Both the position numbers and the translations under genes were made by a program. The notes beneath the pieces were generated by a model. The model was not told where the DNA came from and ran no database searches. It saw only the letters and a list, made by a program, of their open reading frames with translations. From Flavobacteriales bacterium UBA5081 (GTDB lineage: Bacteria > Bacteroidota > Bacteroidia > Flavobacteriales_E > Vicingaceae), in assembly GCA_002415785.1 (NCBI GenBank), contig DIAJ01000032.1:61142-125141 (forward strand): DNA of 64,000 nt, in the 5' to 3' direction. Below, one piece after another: positions 36,922 through 47,094 of the stretch (positions within the stretch are counted from its first letter, which is position 1; every line of letters begins with the position of its first letter).

Positions 36922-36947
36922 AAAGCCCCACATTTCTGCGGGGCTTT
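36922..36947. terminator. Bidirectional intrinsic terminator hairpin between the convergent 34250..36877 and rpsA
   Basis: The stem is aaagcccc/ggggcttt with a 10-nt loop, flanked by A-runs upstream and T-rich sequence downstream. Confidence 0.6.
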
Positions 36948-36972
36948 CTTATCGTGTTCTGTTAAAGAAGAA

Positions 36973-39090
36973 TTATTTTTTCTTCTTTCCTTCACCTTCT
37001 TCAAGCTCACTTTTCAAGTTTGCAAGGGCATCAAGGTCTCCAAGAGTTGTTCTCTCTTGTTTATCTTTCATGCTCTTAATCGCTTTCTGAGTTTCTTTCT
37101 GCTCAGAGCGAGCTTTATTACGCTTAACCACTTTCTCTTCCTCTTCTACATCTCTGTGAATTTGAGTGTGAGAAACGACGATTTTCTTAGCGTTTTTGTT
37201 GAAATCAAGGATTTTGAAATCCAATTCTTCATCTTTTTCAGCATTTTTTCCGTCTTCTTTTACTAAGTTTTTCTTAGTAGCGAAGGCTTCAACACCGTAA
37301 GGTAAGATTATAGTAGCGCCTTTAGCGTTTAAGTCAGTAATCGTTCCTTTGTGTATGCTTCCAATTTCGAAGATCGTTTCAAAAGTTTCCCATGGATTCT
37401 CTTCTAATTGCTTGTAACCTAAGCTTAGTCTTCTGTTGTCTTTATCAATTTCTAAGATTACAATCTCCATTTCATCACCTACAGAGGTAACTTCTTTTGG
37501 ATGATTAATTTTCTTAGACCAAGATAAATCAGAAATGTGAACTAAACCGTCAACACCATCTTCTAACTCAACAAATACGCCGAAATCAGAAATGTTAGTT
37601 ACTTTACCTTTGTGCTTAGAATCTACAGGGTAACGCTCTTCAATTCCTTCCCATGGATCCGGAGTTAATTGTTTAACACCTAAGGACATTTTGCGCTCTT
37701 CACGATCCAATGTCAAGATTTGTGCTTCTACTTCATCTCCTACATTAAAGAAAGCTTGTGCAGGTTGTAAATGGTTCGACCAAGAAATCTCTGATACGTG
37801 AACCAATCCTTCAACACCAGGCTGAATTTCAACAAATGCACCGTAGTCTGCAACAACTACAACTTTACCTTTCACCTTATCTCCAACTTGTAGTTTATCG
37901 TCAAGTTTATCCCATGGATGACCTTCAAGCTGCTTCATGCCAAGTGCAATACGCTTCTTCTCATCATCAAAGTCAAGGATAACCACTTTAACTTTCTCAT
38001 CCAATTGAACAACTTCTTCAGGATGATTCACTCTACCCCAAGAAAGGTCAGTAATGTGGATTAATCCATCAACACCTCCAAGGTCGATAAACACACCGTA
38101 AGAAGTGATGTTTTTAACAGTACCTTCAAGAACTTGTCCTTTCTCTAATTGAGAGATAATTTCTTTCTTCTGTACTTCAAGTTCAGCTTCGATTAATGCT
38201 TTGTGAGAAACCACAACGTTTTTGAACTCTTTGTTGATTTTAACCACTTTGAACTCCATGGTTTTGTCAACGTAAATATCGTAATCGCGAATTGGTTTAA
38301 CATCAATTTGAGAACCTGGCAAGAATGCTTCAATACCGAATACATCTACAATTAAACCACCTTTAGTTCTACACTTAACGTGACCTTTAATGATTTCTTG
38401 AGTCTCTAAGGCATCGTTAACACGTTCCCAAGCACGTAGTGCACGAGCTTTTTTGTGAGAAAGTACCAACTGACCATTTTTGTCTTCTTGGCTCTCGATG
38501 AAAACTTCTACTTTATCACCAATTTCTAAGTCTTCTCTGTATTTCAATTCTGACATTGAAATTACTCCATCAGACTTGTAGCCAATGTTTACAACAACCT
38601 CTCTTGGAGAAATGCTTACCACTTCACCATCGATAACGTCTTGCTCAGCAATAGAAGTTAATGTATCTTCATACATTCCTTCCATTTCCTTCTGCTCAGC
38701 ATCAGAATATTTGTCGTCGTACTTACCAATCGCGCTCCAGTCAAACTCTTTACGGAAGTCTTCTAGCTCTTTCTGACGTTCTTCTTTCGTCTTAGGAGCT
38801 TCAACTTCTTCCTGAATTTCTTCAGCATCGGTAGTTTTGTCTTTGATAATGGCCTCCTGACGAGGAGCCACTTTTTGCTTTGGCTGCTTTACTACTTTAG
38901 CAGATTCTTCTGCTTTCTTCGTTTTTGCCTCAGCTTTTGGTTCAGCCTCTTTTTTAGCAGCTTTTGCCTCTTCCTTTACAGGATCTTTTTCGGGAGTTGC
39001 TTTAGGAGTGTCTGTGTTTTCCGCTTTTACTTCAGCGGCTTTTTTTTCTTCTGCCTTTTGGTCGGCAGCTTTTTCGTTAGATTCAGCCAT
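36973..39090 (-). CDS. rpsA: 30S ribosomal protein S1 with a long K/E/A-rich N-terminal extension
   Basis: There are six S1 (OB-fold) repeats with the recurring G.V......G.F(V/I)(D/E)(L/I).G..GL(V/I)H.S(D/E)(L/I)SW pattern. The protein is 705 aa. Confidence 0.95.
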   Translation of the reverse strand: MAESNEKAADQKAEEKKAAEVKAENTDTPKATPEKDPVKEEAKAAKKEAEPKAEAKTKKAEESAKVVKQPKQKVAPRQEAIIKDKTTDAEEIQEEVEAPKTKEERQKELEDFRKEFDWSAIGKYDDKYSDAEQKEMEGMYEDTLTSIAEQDVIDGEVVSISPREVVVNIGYKSDGVISMSELKYREDLEIGDKVEVFIESQEDKNGQLVLSHKKARALRAWERVNDALETQEIIKGHVKCRTKGGLIVDVFGIEAFLPGSQIDVKPIRDYDIYVDKTMEFKVVKINKEFKNVVVSHKALIEAELEVQKKEIISQLEKGQVLEGTVKNITSYGVFIDLGGVDGLIHITDLSWGRVNHPEEVVQLDEKVKVVILDFDDEKKRIALGMKQLEGHPWDKLDDKLQVGDKVKGKVVVVADYGAFVEIQPGVEGLVHVSEISWSNHLQPAQAFFNVGDEVEAQILTLDREERKMSLGVKQLTPDPWEGIEERYPVDSKHKGKVTNISDFGVFVELEDGVDGLVHISDLSWSKKINHPKEVTSVGDEMEIVILEIDKDNRRLSLGYKQLEENPWETFETIFEIGSIHKGTITDLNAKGATIILPYGVEAFATKKNLVKEDGKNAEKDEELDFKILDFNKNAKKIVVSHTQIHRDVEEEEKVVKRNKARSEQKETQKAIKSMKDKQERTTLGDLDALANLKSELEEGEGKKKK

Positions 39091-39695
39091 TACTTTTATG
39101 ACTCGTTTTTGTATTTCGCTTTTTAAATCGGTATGAAAACGAAAGTGGTTATTAATATCCCCAATATACCGATAATTGAGGGTTTCAAAAATGAGGGTGC
39201 AAATGTACTAAAATTTACAACACATTCAATCAATGACTCTTTTAAATTCAGTCCATACCAATTTCAATGAAAATCAATACTTAAGACCTTAGAGTCTGCT
39301 TGCCTGTGTACTGAGCTATAAAACAAGACATTTTAGCACTTAAAGCATGTAAGTTTAAGTTAAAACATTCGCTTTATTTTTTGAATATCCGTTTATTTAT
39401 CAAAACTGATTATTAAACAACTAAATCACCTCGGTTTCAATATTATGCTTTTATTTTTTTCCATTGATGAAAAAAGTATTGGTTATCATCACAGTATTTA
39501 GATATGTTTATTTCAAACATTCGCTTTATTTTAATGTTTATCATTTTTCATTAAACTGCTATGATTAATTTTGTTGACAGTGTTTTTAATGAGCTATTGA
39601 ACTCTAGCAACTCAATAGTAAAAAAAAAATAAACTTTAGATTATGCAAGATAAATGATTTAAAGATTTTATTTCTTGCAATAAAATTTCAAGCCA

Positions 39696-40919
39696 ATGAA
39701 GCAATTTGACATTCCACTAACATATAGAAGTTCATTTATTTCTCAAATAAAAAACAGCCGAAAAGCCAACGATCCAAGAAAAAAGGACTTTAGACCCACT
39801 ACCCTAGACTTTGGCGATGTGCAGTTTTTAATTGCCCGTCATTTTGGATTTTGCTACGGAGTGGAAAACGCTATTGAAATTGCCTATAAAGCCGTTGAAG
39901 AAAACCCCGGCAAGCGCATTTTTCTTCTGAGCCAAATGATCCACAATCCATCGGTAAATGCCGACCTTCAAGCTATGGGAATTCGTTTTATCATGGATAC
40001 TCACGGCAATCAATTTATTCCATGGGAAGAAATTAATGCTGAAGACATTGTAATTGTTCCTGCTTTTGGAACTACCAGAGAAGTGGAAAAAATACTAGTA
40101 GACAAGGGGATTCAAATTGAAAAATACAATACAACTTGTCCTTTTGTCACCAAAGTTTGGAAGCAATCTGAAAAACTAGGAAAGCAAGACTACACAGTAA
40201 TTATTCACGGGAAACACAAGCACGAAGAAACCAGAGCCACTTTTTCTCATAGCTCCGAATACGCTCATTCTATTGTAGTTCGCAACCAAGAAGAAGCTGA
40301 ACAATTGGGTGCTTTTATGCTGGGCGAGATGGATATCGATCAATTTCATGAAACTTTCGGCAATCAATACTCCAAAGGCTTTGCTCCTGAAAAGCATTTA
40401 AACAAAGTGGGAGTAGTCAACCAAACAACCATGCTCGCTTCAGACACACAAGCCATTGCCGATTATTTTAAAGGTGTAATGATTGAGAAGTACGGTGAGG
40501 AAAATATCAAAGAACATTTTGCCGATACCAGAGACACACTTTGTTATGCCACCAACGACAACCAACAAGCTACCTATGGTTTGCTTGAAGAAGATGCGGA
40601 CTTAGCAATAGTTGTTGGAGGTTTTAACAGCTCTAACACCTCACATTTAGTGGAACTATGTGAGCAAAAGCTTCCTACCTATTTTGTTTCGGGACATGAT
40701 GAAATTGTCTCCGCAGACAAAATCAGGCACTTTGACTTTCACAATAAACGTATGCTAATTTCAAAAGACTACCTTCCCGAAAAAAGACCGTTGAAAATTA
40801 TTTTAACTTCAGGAGCTTCTTGTCCTGATGCAGTTGTAGACGGCGTAATGGATAAATTACTTTCATTTTTCAATCCCAGCAGATCTAAAGAGGAGTTACT
40901 CATAGAGTTTGAAGTCTAA
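39696..40919 (+). CDS. ispH: 4-hydroxy-3-methylbut-2-enyl diphosphate reductase
   Basis: It carries IARHFGFCYGVENAI (first Fe-S Cys), NTTCPFVTKVW, VVNQTT and IVVGGFNSSNTSHL, which are typical LytB/IspH motifs. Confidence 0.85.
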   Translation: MKQFDIPLTYRSSFISQIKNSRKANDPRKKDFRPTTLDFGDVQFLIARHFGFCYGVENAIEIAYKAVEENPGKRIFLLSQMIHNPSVNADLQAMGIRFIMDTHGNQFIPWEEINAEDIVIVPAFGTTREVEKILVDKGIQIEKYNTTCPFVTKVWKQSEKLGKQDYTVIIHGKHKHEETRATFSHSSEYAHSIVVRNQEEAEQLGAFMLGEMDIDQFHETFGNQYSKGFAPEKHLNKVGVVNQTTMLASDTQAIADYFKGVMIEKYGEENIKEHFADTRDTLCYATNDNQQATYGLLEEDADLAIVVGGFNSSNTSHLVELCEQKLPTYFVSGHDEIVSADKIRHFDFHNKRMLISKDYLPEKRPLKIILTSGASCPDAVVDGVMDKLLSFFNPSRSKEELLIEFEV

Positions 40920-40997
40920 TTTCTTTAAATGAGTCCTATTTTAGCAGAATTAAAAATTGAGCATTACATTTGAGGTTTTAAAATCGTTTAGCAAGAT

Positions 40998-41435
40998 ATG
41001 AGATATAGTCAAAGTATTGTTATCAATCAATCCAGAGCTAAGGTAATTGAACTTTATGGTGACCCGAGCAAGTTAAAGGAATGGCAAGCCGGACTTAAGA
41101 GCATTGACCTTTTGAGCGGTGAAGCCGGAAAAGAAGGTGCCAAAACAAAACTCTTTTACCAAAGAGATGACCAAGCTTTGGAAATGCTTGAAACCATAAC
41201 TGACCGAAGTACTCCCGGAGAATTTCACGCTACTTACGAAACTAAAGACATTGTCAATATTCAAGAAAATTACTTTAGAGCTATAAACGACAAACAAACT
41301 GAATGGGTTTCCATTTCTACTTTTAAGTTTAAAGGCGTGAAAAAGGTTATTTTCAATCTAATGAAAAGTGCTTTTAAAGAACAATCACTAAAATACATGG
41401 CTGCTTTTAAAAAGTATGCTGAATCTTTTAGTTAA
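40998..41435 (+). CDS. SRPBCC-family (START/AHSA1-like) small protein
   Basis: 145 aa, with size and pattern (I.I.....KV.EL..DP..L.EWQ) typical of SRPBCC ligand-binding proteins. Confidence 0.5.
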   Translation: MRYSQSIVINQSRAKVIELYGDPSKLKEWQAGLKSIDLLSGEAGKEGAKTKLFYQRDDQALEMLETITDRSTPGEFHATYETKDIVNIQENYFRAINDKQTEWVSISTFKFKGVKKVIFNLMKSAFKEQSLKYMAAFKKYAESFS

Positions 41436-42108
41436 ATCGCTTTTCAATCTCCTCAACAATCAACTGAAGCTGTTCTTCTTGGTTTAAATGACTATTATCT
41501 AATACAAAAGCATCCTCAGCTTTAACGAGCGGGTTTTCTTTGCGTTCTGTGTCATTCTTATCTCTCATTTTTAGATTTTCAAACACTTCCTCAAAGTCCA
41601 CTTCTTGTCCTTTAGCTTTTAGCTCATCGTATCTTCTTTGCGCTCTAATTTTAGGATCTGCAGTCATAAATATTTTAAAGTCAGCATTGGGAAAAACCTT
41701 CGTTCCTATGTCTCTTCCATCCATTACTATTTTCTTATGCGCTCCGGCTTTTTGTTGCAAATCAACCATTCGCCTTCGAATAGCTTTAATTTGTGCCACT
41801 TCACTTACAGCATCAGACACCGCCTTACCACGAATTTCTTCTTCAACTACTTCGCCATTTAATAAGGTAATTGAGTTTCCATTTTCATCTCTTTTAAATG
41901 AAATGTTTATTTTATCAATCAGTTGATTAATCGCAGCATCATTTAAATCAAATACAGAAACTTTATTGTTTAAAATGTAAAGGGTAACTGCTCTATACAT
42001 GGCACCGGTATCCATATAAGCGTACTGAAGTTTTTTGGCAAGTGCTTTTGCCAAAGTACTTTTTCCGCATGAAGAGTAGCCGTCGATAGCAATGATAATG
42101 GGCTTCAT
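41428..42108 (-). CDS. cmk: (d)CMP kinase
   Basis: IIAIDGYSSCGKSTLAKALAKKL.YAYMDTGAMYRAVT and DGRDIGTKVFPNADFKIFMTA....RAQRR are canonical cytidylate kinase motifs. Confidence 0.95.
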   Translation of the reverse strand: MKPIIIAIDGYSSCGKSTLAKALAKKLQYAYMDTGAMYRAVTLYILNNKVSVFDLNDAAINQLIDKINISFKRDENGNSITLLNGEVVEEEIRGKAVSDAVSEVAQIKAIRRRMVDLQQKAGAHKKIVMDGRDIGTKVFPNADFKIFMTADPKIRAQRRYDELKAKGQEVDFEEVFENLKMRDKNDTERKENPLVKAEDAFVLDNSHLNQEEQLQLIVEEIEKRFN

Positions 42109-42117
42109 GCCGCTAAA

Positions 42118-43164
42118 TTAATTGATAAAATCGGAAAGTCGTGTAGAAACTGAAAAGGTATTTGTAGCACCTGCTTGATGATAAGCTGAACGCCCATAAC
42201 TTAAGTGAAATTTAGAAATTCTCATTCCCACCCCCCAAGAAATACCAACGGTTCCCAATTGTTCGTCAATTTTTAACTCAGCTCTTCGCAAGTAATTATA
42301 CCCAAAGCGAATATTAAAATTCTCTGTCAACAAAAATTCAGCATTGAAAATAATGTGCCTGCCTAAGTTGTCAAAAAAGCCCGGTTCTTTCTCCTCTTGC
42401 TCATTGGCATCCGTTAATATTGAAGATTCACGATTGTCGTTTGGGTTATCATATTGCAAATCCCATTGTTGCAAATGCTGAAAAATAAAACCAAATCGAA
42501 TGGGCACTTTTTCCAATCGCTTACTCAAGCCCAACTGAATTTCAAAAGGCAAATCTTCTTTTTCTTGATTCTCAACATAGGTGCTCAACTGTCGACCAAT
42601 ATTTTTTGCTAAAAGTGAAACGGTCAAACCTTTTCCGGAAAGCGCATAGGTTAGTCCTACATCGGCAGCCAAACCAATCGAGTTATAATCATAAAAAGAA
42701 GAATAAATTGTTTTTAGATTCGCTCCAATTGAAAAATTACTATCCAACTCTCTTCCATAACCTAAGACAAAAGCATACTCCCCGGCAGTAAAACTTCCGA
42801 TTTCATTTCCCGCCTGATCGGTTTCCGTAAAACTACCATAGTCAATGTATTTTACCCCCAACTGAAAAGTACCTGCTTTTTCAAAATGTTTGCCATAATG
42901 TGCCACTCCATAACTAATGTCGGCCAAATAACCTACATAAGTCATGGCGAGTTTATTGTCCATTTCTTTGTTCAGCAATGCAGGGTTTTCTATTCCTAAA
43001 AATAAATCGTCGTCTTTTACAGCAATTTGATTTCCGCCTAGAGAAGAAACTCTTGCCGAAGAAGTCAAGTTTAAGAACTCATAAGTATTGTTCCCGCCCA
43101 TTTGGGCGAAACTTAAAAAAGGGAAACAACTAACTAAGAAAGAAGTAAGTACTTTTTTTATCAT
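42118..43164 (-). CDS. porQ: Outer-membrane beta-barrel protein, PorQ-like type IX secretion system component
   Basis: It has a signal peptide, then YEFLNLTSSARVSSLGGN.IAV.DDDL....NPALL and alternating beta-strand sequence to the C-terminal F.x.x end. The cmk adjacency is as I recall it for porQ loci. The assignment is from memory of the family, not a search. Confidence 0.55.
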   Translation of the reverse strand: MIKKVLTSFLVSCFPFLSFAQMGGNNTYEFLNLTSSARVSSLGGNQIAVKDDDLFLGIENPALLNKEMDNKLAMTYVGYLADISYGVAHYGKHFEKAGTFQLGVKYIDYGSFTETDQAGNEIGSFTAGEYAFVLGYGRELDSNFSIGANLKTIYSSFYDYNSIGLAADVGLTYALSGKGLTVSLLAKNIGRQLSTYVENQEKEDLPFEIQLGLSKRLEKVPIRFGFIFQHLQQWDLQYDNPNDNRESSILTDANEQEEKEPGFFDNLGRHIIFNAEFLLTENFNIRFGYNYLRRAELKIDEQLGTVGISWGVGMRISKFHLSYGRSAYHQAGATNTFSVSTRLSDFIN

Positions 43165-43348
43165 ATCTTCAGATGGAAAACGGAGTAAGCGAAAATAAAG
43201 TTTTTATTGCCAAAAACGTGAAGTCTTCTATTAAAATTGCCTTAAACACTTTTTTAATTAAACATTTTATCGAACAATTGGTTTTTTTAACAGTTACATA
43301 AACAAAAATGATAGTTAAGCTATTATTTTTGCACTTTAAACTTACAAA

Positions 43349-44032
43349 ATGCAAGACTTAAAATTAAATATTCAGCTGCAGGTTCATGAGAACCTATATC
43401 TAAAGCATCCTGAATCAAGTAAATTGGGAAAGCGGATTATTAAAGCGGGAATTGACTTAATTTATGAGGTGGGCTTTGAAGATTTTAATTTTAGGAAACT
43501 AGCGCAAAGCATTAATACATCGGAAGCTTCTATTTATCGATATTTTGAAAGCAAAGTAAAAATGCTTTTGTATTTAACCAATTGGTATTGGTCTTGGAAC
43601 GAGTATAGACTGGCTTTTTTATTGGCAAACATTTCAAATGCAAAGGAAAAACTAAAAAGATCAATTCAGTTAATTACCGAAGAAGTAGAAAACGACGGTG
43701 CATTTGAGCACATTAATGAAGCCAAACTCCATCAAATTGTAGCCCTAGATTCCCCAAAAGCATATTTGAACAAACAAGTTGACTCGATTAATGAGGAAGG
43801 GGCATTTTTAAAATACAAAAACTTTGTTGATCGGATTAGTGAGTTAGTTTTAGAATTAAATCCAAACTATCTTTATCCTCATATGTTAATATCAACTGTA
43901 ATTGAAGGAGCACACATGCAAAGGCATTTTGCTGCACACCTTCCCCGACTAACTGATCAAGTAAAAGGGAAAGATGCGGTAGCTGATTTTTATGAAGAAA
44001 TTGTTTTTAAAGCCATAGAAACTACGAAATAA
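43349..44032 (+). CDS. TetR/AcrR-family transcriptional regulator
   Basis: The N-terminal HTH is GFEDFNFRKLAQSINTSEASIYRYFESK. It is the first gene of the exporter operon. Confidence 0.85.
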   Translation: MQDLKLNIQLQVHENLYLKHPESSKLGKRIIKAGIDLIYEVGFEDFNFRKLAQSINTSEASIYRYFESKVKMLLYLTNWYWSWNEYRLAFLLANISNAKEKLKRSIQLITEEVENDGAFEHINEAKLHQIVALDSPKAYLNKQVDSINEEGAFLKYKNFVDRISELVLELNPNYLYPHMLISTVIEGAHMQRHFAAHLPRLTDQVKGKDAVADFYEEIVFKAIETTK

Positions 44033-45711
44033 TGAATGAAGATAAAGAACTTACTCCGCTTAAACGATTAGTTCGCTTACTGAGTCCTGATAGTAGAGAG
44101 ATCAGAAATGTATACACCTATGCCATTTTCAGTGGCCTCGTTAGTTTAACGCTTCCCTTGGGTATTCAAGCAATTGTTAACTTAATACAAGGAGGACAAG
44201 TGAGTACCTCTTGGATTATTCTAGTTGTTTTAGTGGTTGCAGGAGTTGGTATAAACGGAGTACTTCAAATTTTTCAATTGAGAATTGTTGAAAATTTACA
44301 GCAGAAAATTTTTGCGAAAGCCGCTTTTGAATTTTCTTATAGAGTTCCCAGAATTAAAATGGAAGAGCTTTATAAACAATATGCACCGGAATTAATGAAT
44401 CGCTTTTTTGATGTTATGACTATTCAAAAAGGACTTTCAAAGATTCTAATCGATTTTACCGCCGCTTCTCTACAAGTAGTTTTTGGCTTAATATTACTTT
44501 CATTCTATCATCCATTTTTTATTCTATTTAGCTTACTGCTGAGTATTATCGTTTACATCATTTTTAAACTTACTGCAAAAGAAGGCTTAAAAACAAGTTT
44601 AAAAGAATCTAAACTTAAGTACCAAACTGCTCATTGGTTAGAGGAACTGGCAAGGACAAACATTACCTTTAAACTTTCGGGCAATAGTAAACTTCCTTTG
44701 CAAAAAACCGATGCAAATGTGGAGAAATACCTGGAAGCAAGAGAAACGCACTTTAAAGTATTGGTTCGTCAGTTTTCATTACTCATTGTATTTAAAGTTT
44801 TGGTAGCTACCGGACTTTTGGCCATTGGTGGAATTTTGGTTATGGAGCAATTGATGAACATCGGTCAGTTTGTAGCTGCCGAAATCATCATTTTAATGAT
44901 CATGAACTCGGTTGAAAAACTAATTCTCTCCTTAGAAACAATTTACGATGTTCTCACTGGAGTAGAAAAGGTAGGTGAAGTAACAGACTTAGAGTTAGAG
45001 CATACTGAAGGGGCTGAATTAGATCAAAGTGAGCATGTAAAAGGCTTGAATTTGAAGATTCAGAACTTAAGTTTTCAATTTCCAAGAAATCCAAAGCCTA
45101 CTTTAGAGAACATCAATTTTGAAATTAAAAGTAATAATACACTTATTGTTACCGGCCCAAATGCTTCAGGTAAAAGTACATTACTTCACTTGATTGCCGG
45201 GCTTTACGAAGTAAGCAATGGACAAATTTTATACGATGACTTGAGTAAAGTCAACATTTCCATGGAATCATTGCGCAGTGTGATCGGTGATTGTTTATCT
45301 CAAGAAATGTTATTTCAAGGTACTGTTAGAGAAAATATTTGCATGGGAAGAGATGTAAGTACAAATCGTTTAAAAGAGGTAATCTCTAAAGTTAAACTAA
45401 CCGACTATGTAAATAGATTATCGCTCGGTTTTGACACTGAGTTAGATCCTCAAGGCAAAAGGTTACCCAAGAGTATTGTTCAGCGTTTGTTAATTGCTAG
45501 AGCTGTTGCCAACAATCCTAAACTATTAATTATTGAGGAGAATCTGGAAAATATTAACGAATCAGAGCGCAATGAAATCATTGATTATTTAACTGACAAA
45601 TCAAATAATTGGACATTAATTGCCGCAAGTAACGATTCCTATTTTCAGTCGAAGGCAGACCATATTCTAACGTTAAACGATGGAAGAATTGAGCATTTAT
45701 ATGCTAACTAA
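44032..45711 (+). CDS. ABC transporter, fused permease/ATP-binding protein (type I exporter, no peptidase domain)
   Basis: It has an N-terminal 6-TM-like domain, Walker A GPNASGKST, and Walker B LLIIEE. The start overlaps the tetR stop (ATAATG). Confidence 0.85.
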   Translation: MNEDKELTPLKRLVRLLSPDSREIRNVYTYAIFSGLVSLTLPLGIQAIVNLIQGGQVSTSWIILVVLVVAGVGINGVLQIFQLRIVENLQQKIFAKAAFEFSYRVPRIKMEELYKQYAPELMNRFFDVMTIQKGLSKILIDFTAASLQVVFGLILLSFYHPFFILFSLLLSIIVYIIFKLTAKEGLKTSLKESKLKYQTAHWLEELARTNITFKLSGNSKLPLQKTDANVEKYLEARETHFKVLVRQFSLLIVFKVLVATGLLAIGGILVMEQLMNIGQFVAAEIIILMIMNSVEKLILSLETIYDVLTGVEKVGEVTDLELEHTEGAELDQSEHVKGLNLKIQNLSFQFPRNPKPTLENINFEIKSNNTLIVTGPNASGKSTLLHLIAGLYEVSNGQILYDDLSKVNISMESLRSVIGDCLSQEMLFQGTVRENICMGRDVSTNRLKEVISKVKLTDYVNRLSLGFDTELDPQGKRLPKSIVQRLLIARAVANNPKLLIIEENLENINESERNEIIDYLTDKSNNWTLIAASNDSYFQSKADHILTLNDGRIEHLYAN

Positions 45712-45726
45712 TTTATTAAAGAAAGA

Positions 45727-47094
45727 ATGTTAAACATATCCGAAAATAGAGTAATAAACGCAATCAAGCAAACTGACTATAAGTCGCTTGCCTACATCAA
45801 TCGCTTGGATTCAGGTAGGGTGTTTTTAAAAATAATGGGGGTTCTTTTTGGAATAACGATGGTGTTTATGTTTTTGCCATGGACTCAGAATATCAGATCC
45901 TACGGCAGTTTAACTACATTAAAACCCAATCAACGACCACAAACCATTCATTCGGTAATTGCCGGTAGAATTGAAAAGTGGTACGTTCAAGAAGGTGAAT
46001 TTGTAGAGAAAGGAGATACCATATTATTTATTTCAGAAATAAAAGATCAATATTTTGATCCGGATTTAATCCTGAGAACTCAAACCCAACTCAAGGCCAA
46101 GCAATCAGCAGTAAAATCCTATGAAGAAAAGGTAAAAGCATTAGAAAGCCAAATAGAAGCATTGGAGCAAACTGCTGACTTAAAATACAATCAGGCGCAA
46201 AATAAATACAAACAAGCCGAGCTTAAAGTGGAAAGTGACAGTATTAAATTAGAAGCTGCGCAAACAAACTTTGAAATAGCAGACAGACAATATAAGCGTT
46301 TTGAGGAATTGCAAAAAGATGGCTTAAAGTCCTTAACAGACTTAGAAAACAGAAGATTAATTCGACAAAAATCTGTAGCAGAGCGCATAGCTGCAGAAAA
46401 TCAACTTTTGAGTAGTAAAAATGAATTAATCAATGCCAAAGTTGAATTAACCTCAATTCGAGCGCAATACAGAGAAAGTATTTCAAAAGCAAAAAGCGAA
46501 ATGCAAACTGCTTTATCTAACTTGTACGATTCAGAAGGAGCGGTTGCCAAAATGAATAATGAATTGACCAACTATACCATCCGCTCGGGTATGTATTTTG
46601 TAAAAGCACCTCAAAGTGGATACATTACAGAAACTATTTACTCGGGAATTGGAGAAACCATTAAAGAAGGCAGTCCTATTTTAACAATCATGCCGTCTGA
46701 ATATGAATTGGTTGTTGAGCTTTATGTTAGGCCAATTGACCTGCCGCTGGTTCACAAAGGTCAAGAGGTAAGAATTCAATTTGACGGTTGGCCCGCCATT
46801 GTCTTTTCAGGTTGGCCAAATACAAGTTATGGTACTTATGGCGGAGAAGTTTACGCCATCGACAACTTCATAAGTCCCAACGGTATGTATAGAGTACTAG
46901 TAAAACCGGATCCGGAGCAACCGGAATGGCCAAAAGCACTAAGAGTTGGAGGTGGAACAAACAATATGATGCTCTTAGAGGATGTTCCGGTATGGTATGA
47001 ATTATGGCGACAAATTAATGGCTTCCCTCCTAACTTTTACGTAAGTGTAGAGGGTGATGCAAAAGAAGTTCAAAAGTCGAATGTTAGCCCATGA
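45727..47094 (+). CDS. HlyD-family membrane fusion (periplasmic adaptor) protein
   Basis: It has an N-terminal TM, a long coiled-coil (LKAKQSAV...LEAAQTNF...) and a C-terminal beta-barrel region. Its position between the ABC and TolC genes fits. Confidence 0.85.
   Translation: MLNISENRVINAIKQTDYKSLAYINRLDSGRVFLKIMGVLFGITMVFMFLPWTQNIRSYGSLTTLKPNQRPQTIHSVIAGRIEKWYVQEGEFVEKGDTILFISEIKDQYFDPDLILRTQTQLKAKQSAVKSYEEKVKALESQIEALEQTADLKYNQAQNKYKQAELKVESDSIKLEAAQTNFEIADRQYKRFEELQKDGLKSLTDLENRRLIRQKSVAERIAAENQLLSSKNELINAKVELTSIRAQYRESISKAKSEMQTALSNLYDSEGAVAKMNNELTNYTIRSGMYFVKAPQSGYITETIYSGIGETIKEGSPILTIMPSEYELVVELYVRPIDLPLVHKGQEVRIQFDGWPAIVFSGWPNTSYGTYGGEVYAIDNFISPNGMYRVLVKPDPEQPEWPKALRVGGGTNNMMLLEDVPVWYELWRQINGFPPNFYVSVEGDAKEVQKSNVSP

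Noticed and set aside
36901-36936. Direct repeat aaaagccccacatt (36901-36914 and 36921-36934) as a repeat element
   Set aside because: The second copy is simply the 5' arm of the terminator hairpin. This is most likely a local duplication of the terminator arm and not a distinct element.
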